Assembly: GCF_004010195.1 (NCBI RefSeq)
Contig: NC_057718.1
Coordinates: 12,446,121 to 12,510,120 of the forward strand
Direction: 5' to 3'
DNA: 64,000 nucleotides
Source: Chiloscyllium plagiosum
Lineage: Eukaryota
In this document: positions 24,930 through 37,154 of the stretch, piece after piece
How the letters are laid out: each line of letters opens with the position of its first letter
Position numbering within the stretch: position 1 is the first letter of the stretch
The notes under the pieces: generated by a model
What the model saw: the letters and a program-made list of their open reading frames with translations, nothing else
Database searches by the model: none
Told to the model about the DNA's origin: nothing
Translations under genes and position numbers: made by a program

Positions 24930-25730
24930 TACCAGGACGTTGCTGGGAGTGGAGGGTTTGCGTTATAAGGTGACGCTGGATAGACTGGGACTTTTTTCAC
25001 CGAAGCATAGGAGGTTGAGGGATGACCTCATAGAAGTTTATAAAATCATGAAATGGATTCTGGGTAATCCAAGATGGAGGATGGAAAAAATTTCAGGCTG
25101 TAACAGCTGCTCTTTTTTTTTGAGGTATTTTAGGTGCTGGAGGTGATTTCCTCGAATTCCAGAAGCAGCAATTACTATTTCATATGCTGTTGCATTGTTT
25201 TGGAACTTTGAGGAAAAAAAAGTCAAAACAACAGCAGTTTTAGGCATTTGGATGGGTATATGAATAGGAAGGGTTTGGAGGGATATGGGCCGGGTACTGG
25301 CAGGTGGGACTAGATTGGGTTGGGATATCTGGTCGGCATGGATGGGTTGGACCGAAGGGTCATTTTCCATGCTGTACATCTCTATGACTCTTTGACTCTA
25401 TAGATAAGGTGAATGACAGATTTTCTTTCCCTAGGGTTGAGGATTTTAAGATTACAGAGCATATTTTTAAGGTGAGAGGAGAAAGATTTAAAAAAGACAT
25501 GGGGGCAAATTTTTTAGGCAGAGAGTGGTTTCTGTGAGGAATGAACTTCAAGAGGATGTGATGGATGTGGATACAGTTACAATGTTTAAAGACATTTGGA
25601 TAAGCACATGGCTGAGAAAGGTTTGGAGGGATATGGGCCATGCGCAGGCAGGTGGGAGTAGTTTAGTTTGGAATTATGGTTGGCATGGACTTGTTGGACC
25701 GAAGGATCTGTTTCTGTGCTGTATGACTAT
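24930..25730 (+). mobile_element. Cluster of CR1 3' fragments, one split by an unrelated segment at about 25051-25241
   Basis: Translation TRTLLGVEGLRYKVTLDRLGLFSPKHRRLRDDLIEVYKIM. HER1-like 3' ends at about 25390 and 25730. Confidence 0.8.
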
Positions 25731-28649
25731 AACTCGCCAATGTTCCTTCAACAGTGCATCCCAAACCTGAGAACCCCTTACCACTTAAAACGTTCCCCTC
25801 CAGGGCATGAAATATTCTGACATGGAAATATATCTCCGTTCCTTCATGAGGGAGTCAAATTCCTGGGACACTCCCTGTAGATTGTGGAAGCCCTTCACTG
25901 CCACGGTTCAAGAGAAGGTTTACCACCATTTTCTCAAGGTCAGCTAGGAATGGGCAATAAATTCCAGTCAATTTAGTTTCAATGTAAAGTTAATTTTATT
26001 TGGCATGACTTCCATCCATTTCTTTTCTTCTTCGGTTACCACAGACAATGTAAAGGGTAATTACAGAGTATTTCATTCCTGTTACTGATTACAGGATGTG
26101 AGGTGCTAAATGGTGATCAGAAATATCTGTTTGGCTTGAGAGCATATACAGCTGTTGCCTGCTTTCTCAACATGACTACAGAGTTCCAGTGGTACAGCAA
26201 CACCAACTTACATTTATATAGCATCTCTAATGAAGTAAAGTCTCCCACAGTACTTTTTGGGAATGTTGACGGGTAGAATTTTAGGTGGAATCACCTTGGG
26301 ACATAATAAGACCGGTTAGCAACAGCTTGGTCTAAAGAGCAGCTTAAGGGAGTGGAGGGAGGTGGACACCTTTATTGTGTAAATTCCAGAGTTTAGGGAT
26401 TAGGCATGTGACGTACAGCCACCAAAGATTGGAGCAAAGGCTGGCAGGGAGCTAGAATATCACTGCACAAAATGTGTGCATCAAATGCAAGTGACATCCA
26501 GTACATATCAAAAATGGTTAGTCTTTTTTGTGTTACTTCTATCCAGGGATATAAGTGACAGCTCATGGTCCATTGTACCAATAACCACTGAGAGGGAGAA
26601 GATGGAGCAAGTTAGGATACACATTAGAATGAGATTTACTGTTAAAAATCTGAGAATTATCAGAGGAATGAAGGCTGAGAAATCTCCACAATTTGGGGTT
26701 TGTGTGCAAGAACGTGGTTGATGCTTTACAGTGAGATTTGTTTTCACTGTAGGGAAGGTCAATGATGTGCAATAGTTCTGATTAGTCCTATCAGTATTCT
26801 GCAGTTTGACATAACAATGGCAGCTGTTGTGTAAGGCAATTATTGTATGGAAGGGTTAACTGGCAGCCAAAGATGAGCTCCAACCATCAAAGCACAAAAG
26901 ACTGTTCCTGGGATGAGAGCTAATGAGAATTTTCAAGTGTTGCTATTCTGGTGCCAAGGTCTGTGTAGCCAACAGCAATGTGTACTACCTTTAACTTCTC
27001 AAGAGATGACCAAACAACTCTAAGGTGATAAACTAGCTACTTAGTACTATGCAATAAATCTATGCTTTTCATCAAGACTGAATTTCTCTGTTGCCAAAGA
27101 CTTTGTGTGGGCATTCTTCCCCACCTGGTATCTATAACTTCGACTAATATAAATGAGAAGGTTTGTGACAATGAATCTGCCCCAGGCAACTGTGATGGTT
27201 CTGTTGGCCATGACCAGAACGTATACCAATGCCACTGGTGAAAATTGTTCGAACTGTCCCTATAGTCTGTCAAAGCAAAGCCTCCACTGCAGATGCCACT
27301 GGTTCTCGATGCCAGGGTGCATAATGTGAAACACCCACATCCTTTCAGGAGCGTACTTACAGTCCTGAGGAAGGTTAGTTCTGATTTCTCTCCACAGATG
27401 CTGCCAGACCTACTGGGCTTTTCCAGCAATTTCTGCTTTTGACATTTGGGGTTAATGATTTTCTTTAAGAATAAATCACTGCTCACAACTGATTTCTCCT
27501 TCGTCCAACCAATCGGACAGAATCTAATATCTTTGGCATTTTGAAAGTTTTCAACCCTGTTTCTTTAAAGGTTGGGATTCACTAATGAAAACAGGCCCTG
27601 ACATTCCTCAGACGAAAAGGAAAATAATGTGGATGCTGAAAATCTGAAGAGAGAGCAGAAAATGCTGAAAAGGCTCAGTTCCTGCTTCTGCTGAGTTGTG
27701 TAGACATTGCAAATATGCAAATTCCACCAATGTTTGAGTCAATGATTCTGATGAAAAGTCATCAGTGTCAAACTTTGTCTCTGTTTCTCTGCACAGATGT
27801 TGCCTGATTTGCTGAGTTTTCCAGTGTCTTTTGTTCTTATAATCCCTCAGTCTGTGCTGATCACCAAGACCCTCAAAACCTCATAACCTTTGTCATGTCT
27901 GTGCTGCTCTAGGCATTCCCCTCTGATATGGACCAGCATCAGAGGGGATTCAAAACTCAACTCAATGCTTTAAATATGGTTGCACCAGAAATGTATACAA
28001 GTTAAGGACAATATGCTTAGCCTCATGTTGTACTGTCTTAGCAATGTAGACTAAAATGATGTATTAATTTCCCCCCCCCCCCCCAAGTTTGGCTGTACCA
28101 TGTTTTGTGGATATTCCTACATTAGAGCTTTTGCTAGCCAGTGGGCAGTTAAGAGGCAATAACATTGCAGTAGGTCTGGGGTTACATGTAGGTCAGACCA
28201 GCTAAGGATGGCAGATTTCCTTCCCAGATAGGCCTTCCAGACAATGATTACATTGTTGCCATTAGGCTAGCTCTCTCTTTCAGATTTTCTATTGATTTCA
28301 AATTTCACCATCTTCCATGGTGGGATTCAAAACCAGGTCCCAGGACATTGGTCACCGCCTCCTGTAGTTGATCACTATGTGGTTATGGTACTGGATGAGT
28401 AACCCCACATTTAATCCCAATTTTACCAATGATAAGCCATTTTGAATTCATTCTTGGGTTGTGATCATTGCTGATAAAGCCTGCGTTCGCTGCCCATCGC
28501 TGATTGCCTTCGAGAATACAATGGTGAGCCAACAGTTTGAATCATCACAGTCCATGTAATAAGGTTACAGAAAATGACCAGGCAGGCTTCCCAACACCAC
28601 AACCAAGCTCCAGCCAATGGCTTGGTGGGCGCTGAGGGACTTGAAAACC

Positions 28650-29418
28650 TACTGCAGACGAAGCCGATCTCTCACATTATCAGAGCTCTTGATAAGAAGT
28701 ATGGCTACACCAAGCTGTTCTAGAGGGCTGGTGTGTAAGATAGTAATGGAAGCCACAATCCATCATATTAGATCCAAGCTATGACCACACAAGACAAGGG
28801 GGAGCAGGCAGAATCCATTTAAGCTCTTCTGTGGGAAATATTGAACATTCCTTAAAAGTTCCTTGAAAATTCTGGCAAAGACCACCATGGAACTAAATGC
28901 TGAGGGAGACAACATTGCACACCACCCAAGGGAACTGGCAAATGGTGCAGTCGTATGTTCTTCAACTGAGAAGGCTAATAATCCTGAAGAGGCTGATGAA
29001 TGTCATACAAAGTTTAAAAATCACATGACACCTGGTTATAGTCCAACATGCGGACACAGGGATAGGAGTAGGCCATTCAGCCCTTCGAGCATGTTCTACC
29101 ATTTAATGAGATCAAGGCTGAGCCATGGCCCAACTCTCTATACCTGCCTATGGCCCATATCCTTTAATACCCTGGTCTTCCCACTGACCTGCCTGCTTCC
29201 TGCTGAAGCCGCAAAGACTCTGTGATGTTGCACTGCAGCACGAAAGCAGGGAAAAGCTCGATTGTGGAAATCTTTTCTTTTTGCTTCACATCGCAGTTTT
29301 TCACTTGTATGAATTTCACCTTGTTAGCAATCGACAGCACTTTTAATTTTCTCACATGTTTAGCCTTACTTCTGGATGTCACATTCTGGCGTTGCCTAAT
29401 CCGTTCTGATGTGTTGGC
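28650..29418 (-). mobile_element. Candidate ancient pogo/Tigger transposase remnant (CENP-B-type HTH region)
   Basis: RKLKVLSIANKVKFIQVKNCDVKQKE resembles the Tigger N-terminal HTH (K...LSI.EK..II). Downstream PFASSLGW (about 28920-28945) resembles F.AS.GW. It is interrupted by repeat fragments at about 29010-29170. Confidence 0.35.
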
Positions 29419-29484
29419 CTGGTCAAATAACAGGAGCTTGAATCCAAAGTTTTGGCTCATTGTGGGCATGCTTTTTGTTTTATT

Positions 29485-29809
29485 CATTTCTAGGATGAGG
29501 GCATCACTGGCTAGACTAGCACCTATTGCTCAGAGGGTAGTTAAAAGTCAACCACATTGCTGTGGGTCTGGAGTCACATGTAGGCCAGACCTGATAAGGA
29601 TGGCAGTTTCCTTCCCTAAAGGATATTAGTGGGTTTTTCCAGTAATTGGCAGTGGATTCATGGTCATCATTAGACTCTTAATTCCAGAGATTTATTGAAT
29701 TCAAATTCCACCACCTGCCATGGTGGGATTTGAACCCAAGTCCCCAGACCATTATCTGGGTCTCTGGATGAACAGTCCACTGATAATTCCACTAAGCCAT
29801 TGCCTCCCC
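29485..29809 (-). mobile_element. tRNA-headed SINE of an abundant family with a tail shared with the second LINE family
   Basis: Minus-strand head has A box TGGCTTAGTGG and B box GGTTCAAATCC. Plus-strand core GGGTCTGGAGTCACATGTAGGCCAGACC. Other copies at about 23345-23560, 28130-28360, 41910-42280, 43235-43540, 55310-55635 and 62905-63220, and in the opposite orientation at 50545-50890 and 53630-54310. Confidence 0.75.
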
Positions 29810-30223
29810 CATTGGATTTTCTGTTCTGCCAGCAGGAATGGCTGGTAGCTTCACCACAGCCGGAGTTATGGGTTATCCAAATTGGACTCATTTTGCGGTT
29901 GTGCCTGTCTGTTTTTACTGAAAGCTGGCCACGGAGTTGCATTGGATTGGTCAATGCTTGCAGGCAAAGTGCTGCAGCGCATTGCTGTAGCTTTCTGCAG
30001 GATGGTCTCATCAAGAAAATGTCGCAGTCTAAGCACGGCCATCAGGTGTTGCAAGGGTTTACAAGCTGACAATCAACCTGGTTGGCTATGATACAAATAT
30101 ACCTTCCATGACCAACACGTCCTGCCATGGGCCTGAAACAGTAGCTGCTGGCTCAGAGGTAGGGATACTACCCACAGTGACAGAAGACCTTCTATATTTA
30201 TTGTAGTTGCACAAAACCAGTTT

Positions 30224-30645
30224 CATAGAGTCATACAGCACAGAAATAGACCCTTCAGTCCAACTCATCCATGCCAATCATACATCCTATTCTGACCTAG
30301 TCCCATATGTCTCTAAACCCTTCCCACCCATATACCAATCCAGATGCCACCCAAATGTTGCAACTGTACCCGGCTCCACCATGTCCCATGGCAGCCTGCT
30401 CCATATCCGCACCATCCCTGTATGAAAAGGTTATCCCTCAGGTCCTTTTTAGACCTCTCCCTCTCACTCCAAACTCACACCCTCCAGTTTTGGACTCCCC
30501 TATCTTAGGAAAAAGACCCTGGCCATGATTCTACAACCCCCCACAAGGCCATCCCTCAGCCACTGATAAAAGCCCAGGCCTATTCAGCTTCTCCTTACAA
30601 CTCAAATCTTACTGTCCCAACAATATCCCTGCAAATCACCTCTGC
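30224..30645 (-). mobile_element. CR1 (HER1-like) 3' fragment
   Basis: Starts with the reverse-complemented tail CATAGAGTCATACAGCAC and is homologous to 1-358. Confidence 0.75.
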
Positions 30646-31059
30646 CAGGTTTAAAAAACATTGATTTAGTAGGCTGTGTAAAGTTACAGAATGTATGGTA
30701 AAGACAGTATACACTAGAAATTCAATGCAGTCTTCACTATTAGCTAATATTTTAAAGGTCTCCCTTCAGAGTAGTTCTGCTTTTTTTTTCAAAAATAGTG
30801 GGCTTGTTTTGAATCATGACTTCTGTTCCACCTGATACCCTTCTATTTTGCATTCGATTTTCCCTGGCATGGTCAGCAAAACATGTGGGACATTGAGTGT
30901 CAGAAATAGGATCATTGAACAGAAAAGCAGGGATGTTATGCTGGCCTTTCACAAAGCTCTAGCTAGGACACAGCTAAACTATCACTTCAGGTCTAGTTGC
31001 TACTCTTTAGGAAGGAAATGAGGGGGTTCAGGGGATATTTAGCAGAATGGTTCCAGGGA

Positions 31060-31782
31060 CAGGAAAAGGGGTGGTGACTAGGAAAATCAAGGATAGCATA
31101 AAAGCAAAAGAGAACTCATATAATGTGGTGAAGGGCAGTGGGAAACCGGAGGATTGGGAAGCTTACAAAGTCCAACAGAGGATGACAAAGAAGAAAAAAA
31201 GGAAGAAGTTTAGATACGAGGGTAAGCTAGCCAGTAATATAAAGGAAAACTGTAAGGGTTTCTTTAGATATCTAAAGGGCAAAAGAAAGACAAAAGTAGA
31301 CATTGGGCCACTGGAAAATAGTGCTGGAGAGATAGTAGTGGGGAACAAAGAAATGGCTGAGGAACTGAATAATTACTTTGCCTCAGTCTTCACAGTGGAA
31401 GACATGAGTAATATTCCAAACATCCAAGAGAGAGAGGGGGCAGAGCTGAGTATGATGAACATCACCAAGGAGAAGGTGTGAGAAAAACTGAATGATGTGA
31501 AGGTGGATAAATAACCTGGACCAGATGGACTACACCCCAGAACTTTCAGGGAGATAGCTGAAAAGATAGGGGAGGTGTTAATGGTGATCTTTTAGGAATC
31601 ACTAGAATCAGGGATGGTTCCCAAGGACTGGAAAATTGCTAACGTAACAACCTTATTTAAAAAGGGAGTAAGACAAAAGATGGAAACTTACAGACTGATT
31701 AGCCTAACCTCATCCTGGATAAGATCCTGGAATCCATTGTGAAGGATGAAATTTCTGAATACTTGGAAGTGTGTGCTAAAAT
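31060..31782 (+). mobile_element. CR1 ORF2 fragment, 5' part of the interrupted host element
   Basis: ORF 31047..31481 has EMAEELNNYFASVFT, followed by PGPDGLHPR and PKDWKIANVTTLFKKG..YRLISL motifs. Confidence 0.9.
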
Positions 31783-34700
31783 AAGACCATAAGACATAGG
31801 AGTGAAAGTAAGGTTATTCGGCCCATCGAGTCCACCCTGCCAATTAATCATGGCTGATGGGTGTTTCAATGCCACTTACCCGCACTCTCCCCATCGTCCT
31901 TAATTCCTTGCGAGATCAAGAATTTATCAACCTCTACTTTGAAGACATTTAACTTCCTGTCATCTATTGCGCTCTGTGGCAATGAATTCCACAGGCCCAT
32001 CACTCTCTGGCTGAAGATATGTCTCCTCATTTCCATTTTAAATTGACCCCCTCTAATTCTAAGGCTGTGCCCACAGGTCCCAGTCTCCCTACCTAACGGA
32101 AACAACTTCCCAGTGTCCACCCTTTCTAAGCCATGCATTATCTTGTAAGTTTCTATTAGAGCTCCCCTCAAGCTTCTAAACTCTAAGGAATACAACCCCC
32201 AGGATCCTCAGCTATTCATTATGTGTTAGGACTACCATTCCAGGGACCATCTATTTGAATCTCTGCTGGACATGCTGCAGTGCCAGTATGTCCTTCCTGA
32301 GGTGTGGGGCCCAAAACTGGACACAGTATTCCAAAAGAGGCCTAACTAGAGCTTTATAAGTCTCAGAAGCACATCGTTGCTTTTATATTCCAACCCTCTT
32401 GAGATAAATAACAATATTACATTTGCTTTCTTAATCATGGACAACCTGCAAGTTAACCTTTAGAGAATCCTGTACTAGCACTCCCAGATCCCTTTGCATT
32501 TGGACCTTATGAATTTTCTCACCGTTTAGAAAATAGTCCAGGCCTGTGTTCTTTTTTCCAAGACCTCACACTTGCTCACGTTGAATTTCATCAGCCATTT
32601 CATGGACCACTCTCCTAAACTGTCTAAATCTTTCTGCAAGGTAAAAACAATGACTGCAGATGCTGGAAACCAGATTCTGAATTAGTGGTGTTGGAAGAGC
32701 ACAGCAGTTCAGGCAGCATCCAAGGAGCTTCGAAGTCGACGTTTCCCGATGAAGGGCTTTGGCCCGAAACGTCGATTTCGAAGCTCCTAAATCTTTCTGC
32801 AGCCTCCCCACCTCCTCAGTACTACCTGCCTGTCCACCTAACTTTGTATCATCGGCAAACTTCGCCCGAATGCCCCCAGCCCCTTCATCCAGATCATTAA
32901 TATATAAAGTGAACAGCTGCGGCCCCAACACTGAACCCTGCAGGACACCACTTGTCACCAGCTGCTATTCCAAAAAATAACCTTTTATCACAACTCTCTG
33001 CCTTCTGTCAGACAGCTAATCCTCAATCCATGCCAGTAGTTCAATTCAAACACCATAGGCCTTCACCTTACTCAGCAGCCTCCTGTGAGGCACCTTATCA
33101 GAGGCCTTTTGGAAGCCTAGATATATAACATCCACTGGGTTTCTCTGGTCCAACCTACATGTTATCTCTTCAAAGAATTCTAACATGTTTGGCAGGCATG
33201 ACCTCCCCTTACTAAATCCGTGCTGACTTGTTCTAATCCGACCCTGTACTTCCAAGAATTTAGAAATCTCAATACATCTGGGACTTTCCCTGACTCCAGT
33301 GATTTTTGAAAGATTACAACCAATGTCTCCATTATTTCCTCAGCCACCTCCCTCAGAACTCTAGGATGTAGCCCATCGGGGCAAGGAGACTTATCAAGTT
33401 TTAGACCTTTTAGCCTTTCTAGTACTTTCTCTTTTGTAATGGCTACCATACACAACTCTGCCCCCAACTCTCCTTAATTGTTGGGATATTACTCATGTCT
33501 TGCACTGTAAAGACTGACGCAAAATATTTATTAAGTTCTTCAGCTATTTCCTTATCTCCCAGCACTAGCCTTCCAGCATCAATTTGGAGCGGCCCAATGC
33601 CTACTTTTGTCTCTCGTTATTTTCTTATGTATTGAAAGAAACTTTTACTATAATTTCTAATATTAATGGCTAGCTTACCTTCATATTTGATCCTCTGCTT
33701 CTTTATTTCACTTTGTTATCTTCTGTTTGTTTTAGTAGCCTTCCCAATCATCTGATTTCCCAGTGCTCTTGGCCACTTTATAGACTATCTCTTTTACTTT
33801 GATACATTTCCTAACTTCCTTTGGTAGTTTTGGCTGTCTAATCCCGTCCCCCAATAATCTTTCTTTTCTTTGGGATGAACCTCTGTACTGTGTCCTCAAT
33901 TACACCCAGCAACCTGCCATTGTTGCTCTACTGTCTTACCCTCTAGGCTCTGCTGCCAGTCGATTTTCATCAGTTCCTCTCTCATGCCCCTGTAATTATC
34001 TTTATTTAACTGTAACACCATTACATCCAATTTTGCCTTCTCTCTTTCAAACTGCAGACTGAACTCTACCATATTATGATCGCTGCCTTTTAAGTGTTCC
34101 CTTACTTTAAGTTATTTTATAAAGTCTGGCTTATTACATAGCACTAAGTCCAGAATAGCCTCCTCCCTTGTGGGGTCCATCACAAGCTGTTCCAAGAAGT
34201 CATCCTGTAAGCATTCCATGAATTCCCTTTCTTTGGATCCACGGGCAACATTGTTCACCCAGTCCATTTGCATATTGAAGTCCCCCATGATCACCGTGAC
34301 TTTGCCTTTCTGACATGTCCTATGTATTTCCCGGTACATCTTGCGCCCCTGGTCTTGACCACTGCTAGGAGGTCTGTACATAACTTCCATTATGGGTTTT
34401 TTCACCTTTGTGATTCCTCAACTCCCTCCACACAGACTTCACATCATCTGACCCTCTGTCATTCAGTGCCATAGATTTAATTTCATTCTTAACCAACAAG
34501 GCAACCCCGCCCCCTCTGTCCACCTTTCTGTCTTTTCGATAAGTTGTAAATCCTTGGATGTTTAACTGCCAGTCCTGAACCCCTTGCAATCACGTTTCTG
34601 TGATGCCTACCACATCATAATCATTCACGATGATTTGTACCGTTAATTCATCTACTTTGTTACGAATACTATGAGCATTCAGGTAAAGTGCCTTAATGCT

Positions 34701-35010
34701 AACTTTCTTATCATTATTAGAGATATTGGAAATCATAAGATGTCCTAAGGTATCCTTCCTTTTTGCTGCATTCCTAGTCTGCCTCAAGCTTAAACGCACC
34801 TGCACATATGCTCTTCTGCTGCTTATCTTTCTGTTTAACTCCATACTCCCTGTCGCTTTCACTTTCCATTCCCCCCCCGACTCAAGTTTAAAGTCCTACT
34901 GACCACCCTATTCGCTAGAACACTGGTTCCAAATTGGTTCAGGTGGAAATCGTCCCCCCGGTTCCAAAATTGATGCCAATGCCCCATGAAGTGGAACCAA
35001 TGCCCCATGA
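31783..35010 (-). mobile_element. About 3.2-kb CR1 LINE (APE endonuclease plus RT, degenerate) nested in another CR1
   Basis: Endonuclease motifs LYLNAHSIRNK..VGITET, GGGVALLV, VMYRPP, MGDFN and PTREEAILDLVL. RT motifs SQHGF..GRSC, GVLQGSVLGP and FADDTKL. 3' tail (TAAGACCA)n at 31783. Confidence 0.93.
32639..32786. mobile_element. Penelope-like insertion (family A) inside the CR1 RT region
   Basis: Perfect 15-bp TSD CTAAATCTTTCTGCA at 32624-32638 and 32787-32801. Contains CCGATGAAGGGCTTTGGCCCGAAACGTCG. Confidence 0.85.
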
Positions 35011-35015
35011 AATAG

Positions 35016-36372
35016 AATAGGGCAAAGTCAGCATGGTTTCATTAAGGTCTGAAGAAGGGCCTGTGCCCGAAACGTCGAATCTCCTGTTCCCTGGATGCTG
35101 CCTGACCTGCTGTGCTGTTCCAGCAATAAAGTTTCAACTTCATTAAGGTCTAGCCTGACAAACCTGCTAGAATTCTTTTGAGGATGTAATGAGCAGGTTA
35201 GACCATGGAAAGTCAATGGATGTTATCTACCTGGACTTCCAGAAGGCCTTTGCCAAGGTGCCGCACAGGAGGCTACTGAGTAACATAAGGGTCCATGGTG
35301 TTAGAGGCAAGGTGTTAGCATGGATGGAAGCTTGGCTGTCTGGCAGAAAGCAGAGAGTGGGGATAAAAGGGTTTTTCTCAGGATGGCAGTCAGTGACTAG
35401 TGGTGTTCTGCAAAGGGCAATGTTGGGACCACAACTTTTCACTATATACATTAATGATCTAGATGAAGGAACTGAGGCATTCTGGCTATGTTTGCAGATG
35501 GTACAAAGATAGGTAGAGGGACAGGTAGCATTGAGGAGATGGGAATGCTGCAGAAGGATGTGGATAGATTGGAAGAGTGGGCAAAGAAGTGGCACATGGA
35601 GAACAACTTGGGAAGTGTGAGATCATGCACTTTGGTAGGTAGAATTGGAGGCATGGACTATTTTCTCAATGGGGAGAAAATGCAGAACTCTGAAGTGCAA
35701 AGCAAGTTGGGAGTTCTAGTCCAGGATTCTCTGAAGGTAAACTTGCAGGTTGAGTTGGTATTTTGAGAGAACTTGAATATATAAACAGGGATGTACTTCT
35801 GAGGCTCTATTAGGCTCTAGTCAGACCACATTTGGAGTATTGTGTGCAGTTTTGGGCCCCATATCTCAGGAAGGATGTACTGGCCCTGGAGTATGTTCAG
35901 AGGAGGTTCACAAGAATGGTCCCAGGAATGAAAAGCTTAACATATGAGGAACACTTGAGGACTCTAGGTTTATTCTCAATGAAGTTTAGAAGGATGAAGG
36001 GGGATCCAAGTGAAACTGACAGAATACTGAATGGCCTGGACAGGGTGGGTATTGAGAGACTAGGAACTAAGGGCACAAAATCCTTAGAGTAAAGGGAAGA
36101 CCTTTCAGAACAAAGGTGAGGAGAAAATTCTTCAGCCAGAGAGTGGTGAATGTATGGAATTCATTGCCAAAGAAGGATGTGGATGCCAGGTCATCGAGTA
36201 CATTTAAGATGGAGATAGATAGGTTCTTGAGTATCAAGGGGATCAAGGGTTACGGGGAGAAAATGGGAGAATGGATTGAGAAATGTATCAGCCATGATTG
36301 AATGGCAGAGCAGACCCAATGGGTTGAATGGCCTAATTTCTACTCCACTGTCTCATAGTCTTATGGTCTTAA
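35016..36372 (+). mobile_element. CR1 ORF2 RT and 3' end, continuation of 31060-31782
   Basis: Resumes at GQSQHGF, then [36 protein letters not shown] and FFSQRVVNVWNSLP. Ends in a TCTTATGGTCTTA tail. Confidence 0.92.
35049..35076 (+). ncRNA. Minimal type I hammerhead ribozyme-like motif within a Penelope-like insertion (35051-35138)
   Basis: CTGAAGA-A-GGGC-CTGT-GCCC-GAAA-CG-TC has the conserved core, a perfect stem II and a palindromic ACGT stem III. The insertion has TSD TTCATTAAGGTCT at 35038-35050 and 35139-35151. Confidence 0.6.
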
Positions 36373-37154
36373 GTCACAAGATTCAATTGGAGAAGCTAAA
36401 CTTGTACTCGTTTAGATCAAAAGATGTGAAAGGGAGATTTGATACAAGAATGTGACAGGTTCAGATAACTCGACAAAGAAAAAAACATTTCCATTCATTG
36501 ATGCTTGAGGACACTGATTTAAGGTTTTGAAAAAGAGATAGAGGGGCAAATGTGAGGAATAATCTTCTCAGTCAGGGAGTTTTAATGGAACTTCCTGCTT
36601 GTGAGGATGTTGGAAGTTGAGGTAATCAATGACACAGGAAAATAGTGTGAGTGCAAAGAGGGATGTGGAAACAGAGTGTCTGAATCACATTTTGTCTACA
36701 TCTCACAATAACCTCTTATTACTGAGTGACTCACGGCAGTCTAATTCCAAATCCATGGAAAATTCCTGTGTAAGGTTCTTTCTATGTTAGAATTATTGTA
36801 GCAATGTCCACATATCCTTACAATGTTATAAGATTGCAGATGTAGTTTGAAAACAACACAACTGGTACTAAATATTTACCTTAAATTGACAGTTGTGCAT
36901 TTTATATACTTTATTCACCCTAGATCAAAGCAGAGATTAATTCCCCCACATGTAACAGATTTATTTATGAGTTTAAAAGTATCCCTTCAATCTCAAATTG
37001 CATTCACGCTCATAGCTCAACTTCTGGTAATTTAATGATGGCTGCTTACTTTACCCTGAGTCCACACCCAGGCTTAACCAATCAAGAACCACTAAGCATA
37101 GATCAGTAAACCGACTCAACTAATCAAGCACAGATCCAACACTGAATTCAATAT

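Noticed and set aside
25051..25241. Non-CR1 segment beginning near CCAAGATGG inside a CR1 fragment, possibly an L1-like 5' UTR
   Set aside because: Single copy in the window, no TSD and no coding evidence.
26547..26610. Possible small + strand exon (DISDSSWSIVPITTEREKMEQ)
   Set aside because: Weak donor, no recognisable product and no partner exons found.
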